A DNA stretch of 64,000 bases from Octopus sinensis (Eukaryota). Shown here piece after piece: positions 28,170 through 41,205 of this stretch. A program made the translations under genes and the position numbers. The DNA is taken from NCBI RefSeq assembly GCF_006345805.1, contig NC_043002.1:38688001-38752000 (forward strand), written 5' to 3'. Numbering within the stretch: position 1 is the stretch's first letter; every line of letters starts with the position of its first letter. Below the pieces are notes generated by a model. That model did no database searches, was not told where the DNA came from, and worked only from the letters and a program-made list of their open reading frames with translations.

Positions 28170-28500
28170 TTATTATTATTATTGTTTTTTATTGTTTTTA
28201 TATTCATGTAACATGTCTCTGTTTTCCGTCCTTGATTCCTTTACATTCGTTGCTTTTTGCCAAAGAATCTAATGCTCGTAGCTTAGTTTTTCCTTGGGGC
28301 TGGCCAGATTGGAACAATTTCAAGATTAATCAGCCGAAATTGCGAGGATGATCAGGTTCTTGACTGAAGATAAAAGGCTTCGAATGACCCGTCCGTGTTT
28401 TTTTTTTGTATCGTCTATCTGGATGTTTTGTTGTCCCCTTTTGTATCACCTAGTTGTCCGGATGTTTTGGGTTCTTGTCCCATCTGTATTTTATTTATAT
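28170..28500 (+). mobile_element. Second copy of the 13625-13925 repeat family
   Basis: Direct sequence similarity to the reverse complement of 13625-13925. Confidence 0.7.
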
Positions 28501-28511
28501 GTATTGTATTT

Positions 28512-28542
<31 letters not shown>

Positions 28543-28799
28543 CATACGTATAAAAACATTTTTTCGTAATGAGATAAAAAAAACAATGGTGTGTAGATTT
28601 TAGAATATTTATAAATAGATGCATTAATATATATATGTGTGTGTATATATATATATGTATGTGTGTGTGCGTGTGTGTGTGTGCGTGTGTGTGTGTGTGT
28701 TTGTGTGAGTGCATATAAGCATATATGTATGTATGCATGTATGTATGCATGTATGTATGTATTATGTATGTATGTATCTATGTATGTATGTATAAATGT

Positions 28800-29303
28800 A
28801 TTGTCTCATCTATTTTTTAATTATTATACATCTACCACTGGGGAGGGAGCCGGTTTCCAGCAAATATACAAGGTCCCATCTTTGAGATATAGTTAAAACA
28901 AATTCACATTTGGAACGTCAGAAAAGTCTTGCATATTATTACTGTTCCACTCACAGACTGCACTTGTAATTTACGAATTAGCCGGTCGATTTCTCATTCT
29001 AAAAATCCCAGGTTATCCAGACTCCCCTTTAAGCATTTGCTAACAAAAACTAATATTCCAATCATCATTGGTATATGAATTCAACGTCTGAACATAGAAG
29101 CTGGAGATTTCAAAGCATTTGTCCACAGATATCCTCTTTTTCTTTGATTTTCAATGAGATTTTTATATCGACAGGGCAGTTGACCCCTATGAGAGTACAT
29201 AGCTTTGCCCTTTTATCCCAAACAACAATATCCGACCTCTTATATTTATATCTGACAGAGGTTTTGATGGGAATATTCCACGAAGTATTGCCTTGAGGTG
29301 GTG
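28800..29303 (-). mobile_element. 3' end of a restriction-like-endonuclease (REL) non-LTR element (stop at 28904-28906) plus 3' UTR
   Basis: Own translation: WNIPIKT..KRSDIVVWDKRAKLCTLIGVNCPVD..KEKE..NLQLL..LGF..LIRKLQVQSVSGTVIICKTF. Confidence 0.8.
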
Positions 29304-29327
29304 TTTATAACTATGTAACCATTATAT

Positions 29328-29379
<52 letters not shown>

Positions 29380-29741
29380 CATGCACTCATATATCGACCC
29401 ACTAACATACATAAGTTTGAAATATTACAGAAAAATCGAAAGCGGCGACTGAAAAAGCAATTCGTTTATATCAAACTCAAAAGAAGACTAAACAATTCGG
29501 AAACTGATACAATGCTATTATAGATAAAGTGTTGAGATATCAAAACATATCACATAACTTCTCAAAATTGATTGAATGTACGTATCCAAGTATGAATGTC
29601 TGTTCGTATGTGTGTCTATGTATTTATGAATGTATGAATATACAATGTATATGCGATGTATACATGCATGATCTTACACTCACTCACTCACACACACACA
29701 CACACACACAGACAGACATAAACCCCCCCACACACACACAC

Positions 29742-29795
<54 letters not shown>

Positions 29796-29974
29796 GAGTT
29801 CGATTCTGAAATCGAGCGTTGTGTTGCGTTCATGTGACACACCATGCACTTGTTAAGACAATGTTGATTTGATGGATGAAGTGAGCTAATGTACAACACA
29901 TACATTTAATCACTGTAAGCAAATCATCTGTGCAGATCGTCCAATCAAACGTCGTCTTCGGCGGGAGATTCCAT

Positions 29975-30022
<48 letters not shown>

Positions 30023-30376
30023 TAGTGTGTCTGGAGAGAGTCATTCTGTTTTAGTGCCTTATTATTAACACACACATTGGTTCGATTTCTACTCATGTAC
30101 TTATATATATTATTATTTTCTTTTACTTGTTTCAGACATTTAACTGCAGCCATGCTGGATAATGGACAGAGTCAACGGCAACAGAAGAGGCTGCAAGAGG
30201 CAACGAACATTTTAGAAAAAATAAATAAATAAATTAGTGTAAATCGAACAGGTGAGTGTGTTAATTCATAAGGACTTAAAAGAGAATGACTTTCCCGAGA
30301 CACAATAAAACATACTTCAACACACGAATTCACATAAAGAATCTTGCAAACCAAATAGAAGAACGAATATGTATTG

Positions 30377-30417
<41 letters not shown>

Positions 30418-30480
30418 TACATATGTGTGTGTGGGGTGTGTGAGTGTGTGCGAGTGTGTGTGTATGTATGTATATGTATA

Positions 30481-30533
<53 letters not shown>

Positions 30534-30877
30534 TGTACATTTAAACACATAAGAAGTATCATCATAGGACTACCTGCACGCTAGAGAGGACAGTAAAATT
30601 CCAAACCACTATTAGGAATACAATTTCGAAGAGAATGAAAAATAAAAACATTTACCATCTAACTCTCGGACCAATGGTTTCAGACTTTTCTTAGCAAATA
30701 AAATAATATGCTAGGCGAACACTTCTTCAGCAGGTACACCTTAGATTAAATATATATACACGAGGCAATCCAGTATATACCCCGTGCTATACATTCTAAT
30801 TTTTCAAATCTACTGCGCAAGCGCAGATCTTTATCGGCAGTAAATAATATGCCGGGTTCGCTTATATATTATATATA

Positions 30878-30919
<42 letters not shown>

Positions 30920-30924
<5 letters not shown>

Positions 30925-31130
30925 ATCCAAACAAGAAAGCAAAAAAAAACACAAAACGCCGAGGGACGTGAAACAAATATGGTATTATTGACGCTCAGGA
31001 AAGAAGAAAGAAGGAGAGTTTAACGTTTCGAGCGGAGCTCTTCGTCGGAAACATAGGAGAAGGAAAGATCCAGAGAAGGGAAGACAGAGGGAAAAAAATC
31101 GCCAACGTTACACACGAGGTCACATTTTGA
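30920..31130 (-). mobile_element. Related PLE-terminus-like repeat, mini-hammerhead variant at 31018-31052
   Basis: Minus strand GTTT-CCGACGA-A.GAGC(TCC)GCTC-GAAA-CGT-T-AAAC; near-identical to 61278-61388 over the shared part. Confidence 0.55.
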
Positions 31131-31142
31131 AAGATATATATA

Positions 31143-32422
31143 TAGGTTGGGGCAGGGAGAGAGGACGGACGGTTTTGAAAAATTCTCAAAATCATTAATT
31201 TTACTGACATCAACGAGTTTCTATTGAATTAGCATTTGTCAAAATCAAGTGTGGAAAACAACATCTATCGGGTGATGTCCGTTTTCGTTGATGCATTTCT
31301 GAAGGCGTCCTTGAAAGTTGTCCTCCACTCTCTCCATCATTGCTCTGTCGATTTGGGCGACTTCCACGCGAATAGCTTCCTTCAAATCGTCCAATATACG
31401 CGGCTTATGCACATATCCATGTACCTTGAGATTTTCTCACAAGAAATAATCACATGGTCAAATCTGGAGAGCGAGGAAACCAAGGAATGTCAGCAAGCCT
31501 GGAAATGAGGCGATCACCGAAAAGCGAGAGAAGAACGTCCATTGCTGCTCTGGCTGTGTGGGTCGTTGCTCCCTCCTGTTGAAACAGCACACGTCGAATA
31601 GGCATACGTTCTCGTCGTAATTCAGGCACAGAGTATTTATCATCTCGATGTAACGCTCGGAGAACACAGTAACAGCATTTCCATTATTGTCTTCAAAGAA
31701 GTAAGGACCAATGGTGGCAGTTTTTTTCAACAGCACATCAGACCATCACTTTTAGGCTGTGCTGTGGTCTTTTGTGCAGTTCTCTTGGATTTTCAAGAGT
31801 CTAATAACGACAGTTCTGTTGATTCACCATGCCACTGAGATGAAAATGAGCTTCATCCCTCATTAGCAAAAATGTCATTTGCCTCATAAATTGCTTCCAT
31901 CTGACATGCGAAGTTAAGCCGCTATGCATAGTCTAGTCCCATGATTTCAACTCTTCTCCAATGACCAATTTGTAAGGTGGAAATGCAGGTATTCATGCGA
32001 AATACGCCTTACCGATCGGTTACTGATGCCAAATTCAGTGTAATAACTCAGAGCAGAGCGATTCGAACTCCGTGTCAAAGCTTGTCTCACCCTTTCCACA
32101 TTTTCTGAGATTTGTACTATACATGGCGCCTCCACCAGTTCCTTATTCATTAGTGTACCTCGTGTTCGAAGTGCATTCACCGAACGTAAGGTTGTGTTAC
32201 GGGTGGAAACACTGAAACTCACGCTTAACAGCTGTGAAAAACTCGTTATTCCTCACGTAACAGCCGTAGGCAAACACGCGATGCTTTATCGTCCACAGCG
32301 CCATGACTTCACCTGAAAAGTAGAGACACCACAAACTGAATGGTACCTATCGGACATGTGTTCCCCCCCCCGGGACTGGATTATAGCCATTTCAAAAACG
32401 ACCGTCCTCTCTGCCCCCTCTG
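31143..32422 (-). mobile_element. Full-length decayed Tc1/mariner transposon, DD41D (rosa-like) family
   Basis: Degenerate TIRs (GGGGCAG..AGAGGACGG.CG.TTTTGAAA) with TA at both ends; translated remnants ENVERVRQALTRS, IGPYFFEDNNGNAVTV, FQQEGATTHTAR...WFPRSPDLT(CD), 41 residues between the last two acidic positions; stops and frameshifts. Confidence 0.88.
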
Positions 32423-32426
32423 TATA

Positions 32427-32469
<43 letters not shown>

Positions 32470-33375
32470 GCACATATATATGTATTCTAACATGTCTAAT
32501 ATGCTGCGCTCAGAATGCAAGTGTCTTAGTTTCTTGTAGCAGCAACATCTGTAAGCCAATGAGACGGATTACGATACACCTGTTTTGTCATTCATTAACT
32601 GATGTATGTGCGCGCGCGTGTGTGCGTTTGTGTCGTACGTGTTGTATGAGTACCGTTGTTTATTTTTGCGTGCGTGTATCTACTCATATATTCTTAGTTA
32701 GATTCCAAAATATCAAGGAGTAAAGAAGTAAATGACTTCATTGCATCAACACTGATGTGCGATTCGAGATTCATGCAGATATCGCGCTACTACGTTAAAA
32801 CAGGTCTATTTAGGCTCTGTATAAACGCACTTTCAACGTTCACAAGAATTGTTACTCTCAACCCCAGCTGAAATATCAAGATGACAGAAATACTGAGATA
32901 TTTACGAAGATTTTCTGTAAATTATGATAGAAATATTCTGTTTCATGGAGATATATTTCAGATTCACTATTTCTGTGGTTGCATTTTTTCATATAGACAC
33001 TATCTATAGCCTAAATTAAACTTTACTAGTTGTGAAAGACTCTTAATGAAAATTGCCTCGATCAGACAGACATCTTATGATTTCGTTTCATGCAAATCTA
33101 GTTACATCTCACACGCATACGCAAACACCAATATGTTATGCAAAATATTTGCTTCCTTTCGTATAACAAATATAAAGTCTATAAAGTAATTGATTCGTTT
33201 CGCTGACGATGATTACTATACCAAACATTCGTGAAGTCAACACCTGATATATATTGAGTCGTAAAAAGAGTGAATACGTTTAATTCAACAGCGGCTGAAG
33301 ATGTGAATGATCACTTAAATGTCTAAATGTTATTAAAGACAGGCACACATACAAGAGCACATGCACACATACATG

Positions 33376-33437
<62 letters not shown>

Positions 33438-33617
33438 ATATATAATATATACTATATATTATATATATATATATATATACATATATATTCATATATTCAT
33501 GTACGTGTGTGTGTTTATATATATATTTGACATATATAATGGATACACATTTATATGTAAATGTACATGTCTATGTATATGCATAGTTGTACATATATGT
33601 ATCTATCTACTTATTTC

Positions 33618-33690
<73 letters not shown>

Positions 33691-35005
33691 TGGATGTAGT
33701 GTGTATGTGTAATTATTTATCCATCTATATATATATATATATTTGTATGTATGTATGTATGTATGTATGTATGTATGTATAATTATATATATAAAAACGC
33801 GCACACACACACACAAACACGCATGTTATATGTGTGTATATGTCTATCTATGCATGTATGTAAGTGTATAAGAATTAAATGTGTTTATATATGCATGTAC
33901 GTCTATGTATGGGTATTGTGAGCGCGTGAACTTCCTACTTGAGCGTGTCTATGTTCACACAAAACTGTATGTGCATTCACTATCAAAGCGGACATTTGTT
34001 CACTTTGATTCAATATTTTTATTATAAATATATTCATATCGCCTTTTCTTTTTGATATGTCTCTTTATATCACAACTCTCTTTGATATAACATTTAAAAT
34101 TCTATTCAATCAATTGGTAATCATCTTTTCTTTTCTTTTTTTGTTGTTGATAGGCTCCATTATCGATATCATCTTTTAAAATTTACGCTTTTGTCTCATA
34201 TGTTTTTTCATTATTCTTCACTAATTTGAGTAGTGATTATTAACACTTTCCATACCATTTCTTCAATGCATTTGCCATAATTCTACAGCCAAAATACATT
34301 ACTAATTTCATACAATAAGGGAATGCTTTTTATGTGTATATACATTTATAGTCTTACTATTTTGTACTTCGGAGCTAAAGTGTTGTAGAATTATAAATTT
34401 AGAATCATCAATAGATAAAATGAAACGTTAGTACATGATTTTTAGTACTTTTCTTTTTCATATACCCGATATTTTATATATAGATATCAGACATATATTG
34501 TATGTTCTCATTCTCTTTTTAATTTAGAGTAAATTTTGACAGGCCACCTATTTCATAGCAAGGTCGTGAAGGGAAGCATTTTGTTTTAACCATCATTCAT
34601 TTTGTTTTAACCATCATTCAAAGATCTGCAAGAAGGCCTTGCAGATCTTTTTAGTCCCTGATATAGTGATCATTTGTAGTGTATGAATTAAACGCTTTCG
34701 TTCTGTTCCCAAGAATTTTAGTTCAGTCAGGATTTGCTCCAGATGGGTTGGTATGTATCTTCTTGCTCCAATAATAATAGGTATGAAGCTGAAAGTGCAT
34801 CGTTAGTACAGGATTTGAAAACTCCTTATCAATGGTCCAGGGATGTCGTCTTTCTCTTTCATCCTACTAACCACACTGTTGTTCAGGGGGGAAATTATTT
34901 CCACAGAATCGCATATCTTTTTCTTATGGTTCCATAAAACAATATTTGGTCTTTGGCCGATTGTGTTTTAACTTTGTGGTTGTTTTCATTTTTAAGTTCT
35001 TTATA

Positions 35006-35177
35006 AAGGCTGTCCATACATTGCCTTTACAATTTGAAAAAAATCATTGAAATAAAAACAGAGTAATAAGAGTTTATTAGAAACATCAGAACACTTCCAC
35101 GTGGGCTCCGTAGATTGCTCGACATACATCTAAATGTCGCTGAATTTCTATTTTGAAGACAATTTATGAACACCCTG
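35006..35177. mobile_element. Tc1/mariner-type MITE (~172 bp)
   Basis: TA-AAGGCTGTCCATACATTG ... CAATTTATGAACACCCTG-TA imperfect TIRs. Confidence 0.6.
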
Positions 35178-35234
35178 TATAAATATATGGGCGTTTAGGG
35201 GGGGGAGTATGTGCGTGTGTTTGCTTGCGTGAGC

Positions 35235-35276
<42 letters not shown>

Positions 35277-35299
35277 GCATACATACATACACACACACA

Positions 35300-35333
<34 letters not shown>

Positions 35334-35782
35334 ACACACACACACACACACACAACACACACACACACCACACACATATATATATATAATATATATATAT
35401 ATATATAAACAACTAATAGTTCCGTATTTTATTATACTTTAACTAGGCATATTTATAAAATACGCCATCTTCAAACAATCTTTCAGGCTCTGTTTATGCG
35501 TTATATATATTTTCAAAAGAAGGGCAGTGAGAAAATAAGAAAAAAACGGGAAGTGAAACGCGAAATAACTAGATGCAAAAAAATGGAAGGAATAGAAGGA
35601 AAAGAAATCATGAAAACTAAATCCCAGCTTCCTCTGACAGCAGAAATCTCAATTAAGGCAACTGATAAAGAACAATGTACGAGAAAATGTGCCAAAGTTT
35701 TCGAGACAGCAACTCAATCCGGGGCGAGCGATGTTCTCCTCCCATGCGTTTGCATCTTTCAAAAATTTCAGATCTGGAATTA

Positions 35783-35798
35783 ATCAGTGTTGCAATGG

Positions 35799-35870
<72 letters not shown>

Positions 35871-35883
35871 AGTGTTGCAATGG

Positions 35884-35927
<44 letters not shown>

Positions 35928-35940
35928 AGTGTTGCAATGG

Positions 35941-36001
<61 letters not shown>

Positions 36002-36070
36002 GTCTGTCTGTCTGTCTGTCTGTCTGCCGTCCTGTCTGTCTGTCTATTTATCTATCTATCTATCTATCTG
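35783..36070. repeat. (TATC)n tract punctuated three times by CAGTGTTGCAATGG
   Basis: Direct reading. Confidence 0.9.
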
Positions 36071-36989
36071 TCTGTATGTTTGTCTGTTTGTCAGTTTGTT
36101 TACATCAAATTGTGGTGTATATTCTTAAAATCTGGTAAATGTTCTTTGGTGTGTGTGTATATGTGTCATTATTCAGTTTTATTTCAAGATTTTTTGTCAA
36201 AAGAGAAAGAGCCGTCTTTTATCCAAGATCCAAGGCTCAATCATTGAAATTTCAATGTATGTATGTGTTGTGAAGTTATATGACACATCAGGTATAAGTA
36301 CAACTAAATGTAAGTAATATAATTTATGATTTTCAATTTGTATTACTTAAGCAGAATAGTTACGAGGTACTAAATATTAAGTTGAACTGATCTAGCAAGT
36401 GAGGCCTCATATCAGTGAGTGGGAGGGGGCGCATTGATGCCATCGAGAGGTAGGCCCGAAACGGCGCGCATTCTTTCCTGATGACCCCATACACTTGCTG
36501 GCTTCTGGTATATGGAGTTAATGACTGGTAGCACTTGCATGTGCAGGTTGTTTGCAAGACATCATCTATAAATATATACGTTTATGGAATTTGTGTTGCA
36601 AGATTTCTGGTGTGAAACCGTGTGTTGAAACAGATATTGCTGTATTTCGGGATAATCATTTATTTTTCTTGGCTTTTTTCTGTTTGCCAAATAAATACAG
36701 GCACTATATATTCGTTCTTCACTTGTTTAGTACTGTTCTCATTTTAGTTCATTTCCATTGTCTGGAAATCTTTCGTCACTCATCTGTTAGCTCTTCAGTA
36801 ACACATTCCATCCTCGTGTGTGTTCCTGCTTCCATTTGTCCATTTTGTTCTTCTATGATGTCTGTTTTTCTCTTCTTCATCTTAGAACAACAGAATGGAC
36901 TAAGCGAAGCAGGGGCAGACACGAAGACGGAAAGTGTCGCTGAAGAGGTCACAGATGTGTGACGGAAGATCTTCGGACAATGGGCATGA

Positions 36990-37690
36990 GTTAAAATAAG
37001 AGCAGTAATAAACGAGAGAAGTTAAGCCAAGACGTTGTGAAGTAGTGAACGCTGGGAAAACGAGCTTTGGGAAGAGACAGGTAAAAGTACGTCTTGTCTT
37101 CAGGAAGGAAGTGGAACAAAGAAAAATGGATGGCCGTTGGTCACGTTTGAGAACAAAAGAGGGAGATAGAAAGGATAGAGATAGAATAAGAGTGCACATC
37201 GTAATTATTAAGATAAAACTTACTTGGAAATGGATGTGTAGCGTTCGATTATATAATAATAGAAATGATATATAAATATATTAATATATACATACATATA
37301 TATATACATAGCTACATATATATGTATATATACATGCATATATGGGTACAGATATGCATGAATATATCTTATCTCTATTCTTTCTTGCTATCCCCCTTTC
37401 TTGTTCTTCCTTTTTGTTTTTTTCTTCCACTCTTTCCCTATTCTTCTCCTGTCCCCTTCAAGGTTCCCTCTCACTCTCACTCTTCCTCCTTGATTCTCTT
37501 GTTGCTCACACGTGACCAACGGCCATCCATCTTTCTTTCACTTCTTTCCTAAAGACAAAACCTGCTTTTACCTATCTATTCTCAAAGCTCGTTTTTCCAG
37601 CGTTCACCACTTTACATCGTCTTGGCTTAGCACCCCTCACCGTTTGTCTTTACTGTTTTTTTCTCACTGTCCTGTTTTTGTTACCGCATT
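36990..37690. repeat. Diverged inverted repeat pair (~190-bp arms) around a TA-rich spacer
   Basis: ~36990-37170 matches the reverse complement of ~37485-37690 (TAAGCCAAGACG..GTGAACGCTGG..ATGGATGGCCGTTGGTCACGT). Confidence 0.75.
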
Positions 37691-37842
37691 TTATCTACGA
37701 TTTTTATATCCTGTACCCATATATACATATATATATATATATACATATATTTGTAGGCACGTATATATATGTATGTATATATGCATATAATTATATCTTA
37801 TTTATATAATTATATCATCGAACGCCACGCGTCCATTTCTAA

Positions 37843-37886
<44 letters not shown>

Positions 37887-38359
37887 TCAAAATTTGCTCT
37901 TTCATTGTATTGGAATAGTGAAGCATTTTAGCTATGCAATTATGTACAAAGATTGGAACAAGCAGTACAGAAAGTTTTATTAATCACATACTTTACATGA
38001 TGTGATTTCTCAACACGTAGCAAACAATTCCTTATTTTTCCGTAGGATAGGGAAAACTATATGGTTTAAAATCCATATATCAGTAACTCGATAATTATTC
38101 TATCAACCTATACTTATTTACCTTCCTATGAACCTGCCATTTGATCAATATATTTAATTTCAGCAAAACTGCACAAAACAAGTTGTCTGATGGTTGGAAT
38201 ACCTATTATCACATGACAGCTCGCCTATATCACCGATTTTCATTAAAATTCTGAACGTGTGACCTAAAAGCTTAACTAACGATGGTTACAATCGAATTAG
38301 CGTTCTACCGTCATGGTTATCAATCTATAAGTTTATTTTGGTACATACATACATACAAA

Positions 38360-38990
38360 CATAATACAGAGTGAGGTCCGTTGCAAGGATAATCCCGAGG
38401 ACAAAGAAATAAGAACCCACAATATGGTAGAAGCCATAGCCACTCAAAATAAAACGGACTACTGGTGGAATGTAACCGTGAAAGTTTCAATAATGTGTAA
38501 GCAAAACAGACCTGATATAATGATTTGGAATAGATAAGAGAAACTGTGTACAGTTATGAAAATTAGCTGCCCAACGGATGTTAAGATGAAGCTGAAGATC
38601 AGTGAAAAAGAGAACACCTATGCTTGAACTATTGAGAAATCTGCAGCTACTCGATCCAGATTACAAGTTCAGGCGTATACTTGTAATTATTGGATCTCGG
38701 TTAGAAACCGGTTCTTTTTCTATTGGCTAGGAAATCTTGAAATAAACTGAATAATGACATATATACATATATACATACATAATAGGTACAATTTTCATTT
38801 GTACCTATTATCATAGGTACTTTAGATTATGTACCAACAAATTTACACAACAACCTAGAAATACTCGGTTTCACGGAGAACTAAAAGAAACTGGCGCGGA
38901 TTCTCTAAATGTAATCTAGTAGGGGCTCAGCAAAGATTTGTAAGACATTCCAAGTATTCTTCATCCGAGATTCTATTGGGAATAAATGCA
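38360..38990 (+). mobile_element. 3' part of a REL non-LTR element, same family as 28800-29303, interrupted at ~38700-38820
   Basis: YWWNVTVK..NRPDIMIWN..CTVMKISCPTD..EKENTY..LRNLQLL..YKF; then YVPTNLHNNLEILGF..SAKICKTF. Confidence 0.78.
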
Positions 38991-39159
38991 CACACTTCAG
39001 TGTATTCCTCGGCAGTTCAGCCAACACACCAACTCAACCACATATTTACAAGCTCAAGGAACTCTCTTAAGTCAAAAAGTCTTTTCACTTTGTTAGCGAC
39101 CGGCTTGAACTCTCTCGAGAAGAACTCAATTAAAATTCAAAGAAAACCATACAAATATA

Positions 39160-39557
39160 GGAGTGGTTGTGTGGTAAGTAGCTTGCTTACGAACCACACG
39201 GTTCTGGGTTCAGTCCCACTGCGTGATACCTTGGGCAAGTGTCTTCTATTATAGTCTCGGGCCGACCAAAGCCATGTGAGTTTGAATATGGTGACGGAAA
39301 CTGAAAGAAGCCCATCGAATACATGTATATGTATATATATGTGTGTGTGTGTGTGCTTGTGTGTCGGCGTTTGTTCTCCAAACATCGCTTGACAACCAAT
39401 GCTGGTGTGTTTACGACCCCGTAACTTAGCGGTTCGGCAAAAGAGACCAATATAATAAGTACCAGGCTTACAAAAAATAAGTCCTGGGGTCGATTTGCTT
39501 GACTAAAGGCGGTGCTCCAGCATGGCTGCAGTCAAATGACTGAAACAAGTAAAAAAA
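39160..39557 (+). mobile_element. SINE family A (partial inverted copy follows at ~39640-39765)
   Basis: Full-length similarity to 20171-20579. Confidence 0.88.
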
Positions 39558-40474
39558 ATACACACGTACGTACATACATACATATATATTTCATACGTAT
39601 ATATATTATATTATATATATATATATATATAACGATTCTCCCTTATAGTTTCCGCCTACCAATTTCAATCCGAAGGCATGGGTCTGTCCGGAGCTATAGC
39701 AATAGGCACTTGTCCAAAGAGCCGTGTAGTGGCCTGAATCTGAAACTTTGAGCTTCATAGTCATACAGCCTCTTTGAGCTATTATATATCGTAAAATATC
39801 ATTTGAATCATAACAACGTACGGTTCTATGTTCAATAGATTATGCAAAGTATACTGAGAAATGATGCTGAAATGACGAAGCATATTAAAAGATTTTGAGA
39901 CGTGAAAGTAGAGAAATAAAATAAAATAAAATAAAATACAAAATTAATGATTAAAAGAGACAAAAAAACATGAAACAAAATAATAATAGTCTAATCAAAG
40001 AATAATCAAGTATTCAACACAAAAATTACAGCGACATCTCACTAATTTCAAGAAAATAAACAACTACAAAAACTTGAAACGGCTTCTGCTTGGATGCATT
40101 TCTTCTTTTAGCATTTTGTGTTTTCATTTCAAAGCTAATTCTTCAACTGTTTTTTTTTTTAACCTTGCGAAGTGTTGGAAGTATTTAGAGCATTTAAGTA
40201 ATTAGGCTGTTAAAGAAATTTTAATTTTGTTTCTTTCCAAAATTCTCATGTTTGTTACCTCTCCCCCACCCGCGAAGTACACCAAGAACATTCACCGGAC
40301 CAAATTATAAGAATAAATATACACTACTATTTGATGTATATCTATATATCTATCTAGTTAACTCTTTCTCTCTCACACTCTCTCCCTCCCCCCTCTCTCT
40401 CTCTCTCGCTCTTTCTCTCTCACTATATATATATATATATGAATATATATATGAATATATATATATATATATAT

Positions 40475-40760
40475 GGGAAGAAGTCACAAAAAACGAAAGA
40501 TGAAGACAGGTGGTGTAGACAACAAACAGGTGTATTAGTATAACGGTCGGGAAGGGGAAAAGTCTTTAACGTTTCGAGCCTATGCTCTTCCACAGAAAGG
40601 AACACAAAAAGAAACAAGGAGAGAAAATAGAGAATGTGTAGTGGCTAGTGATTTATCATGGCGACGGCCGGACAGAAGGGTCACACAGGAGAGCTAGGGA
40701 GGAGGGGAAATAACAAAGTGGTGGTGATCCCAAAACGAAGGTGCTTATGCGTGTGTATAA
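40475..40760 (-). mobile_element. Related PLE-terminus-like repeat, mini-hammerhead variant at 40564-40599
   Basis: Minus strand CTTT-CTGTGGA-A.GAGC(ATAG)GCTC-GAAA-CGT-T-AAAG; similar to 427-640. Confidence 0.55.
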
Positions 40761-40781
40761 GAGAGTTTGTATGTGCACACA

Positions 40782-41090
40782 CAGGGTGCAGTGAACATAT
40801 TGCCGTCTAAATTACGCTAAAATGAAAATAACACTGAAATCTCATTTTAACAGATATATTTACCAAAATTACAAAACAATATCTTGAAATAATAAATTAG
40901 ATAGTAAATTTGTTCAATAAAATCGCTATTGGCTTCAACCACGGCCTCCAGACAACTTCGGAATCTCCTGCAACTCTTCTGGATGATCTCTTTGTTTAAG
41001 CTGGTGAACACTGCCATAATCCTTTTCTTCAGTTCGTCTTTGGTGTTACAAAGAGTTTTGTTGGTCTCTCGCGCAACTGCGTCTCATACA
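40782..41090 (-). mobile_element. 3' end and TIR of a maT-like Tc1/mariner element
   Basis: Minus strand VARETNKTLCNTKDELKKRIMAVF...CRRFRSCLEAVVEANSDFIE*; terminal CAGGGTG. Confidence 0.75.
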
Positions 41091-41117
41091 TAATAATGTA
41101 TACACACACACACACAC

Positions 41118-41155
<38 letters not shown>

Positions 41156-41171
41156 GCAATGAGGGTCTTGT

Positions 41172-41197
<26 letters not shown>

Positions 41198-41205
<8 letters not shown>

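Noticed and set aside
28355-28395. Hammerhead in the CTGAAGA...TTCGAAT repeat family (also ~13680-13715)
   Set aside because: GAAA is replaced by GAAT, GAAG pairs with CTTC to sequester the core, and stems I and III are not convincing.
36440-36490. GAAA...CTGATGA as a type II/III hammerhead
   Set aside because: Sequences flanking the core cannot form stem II.
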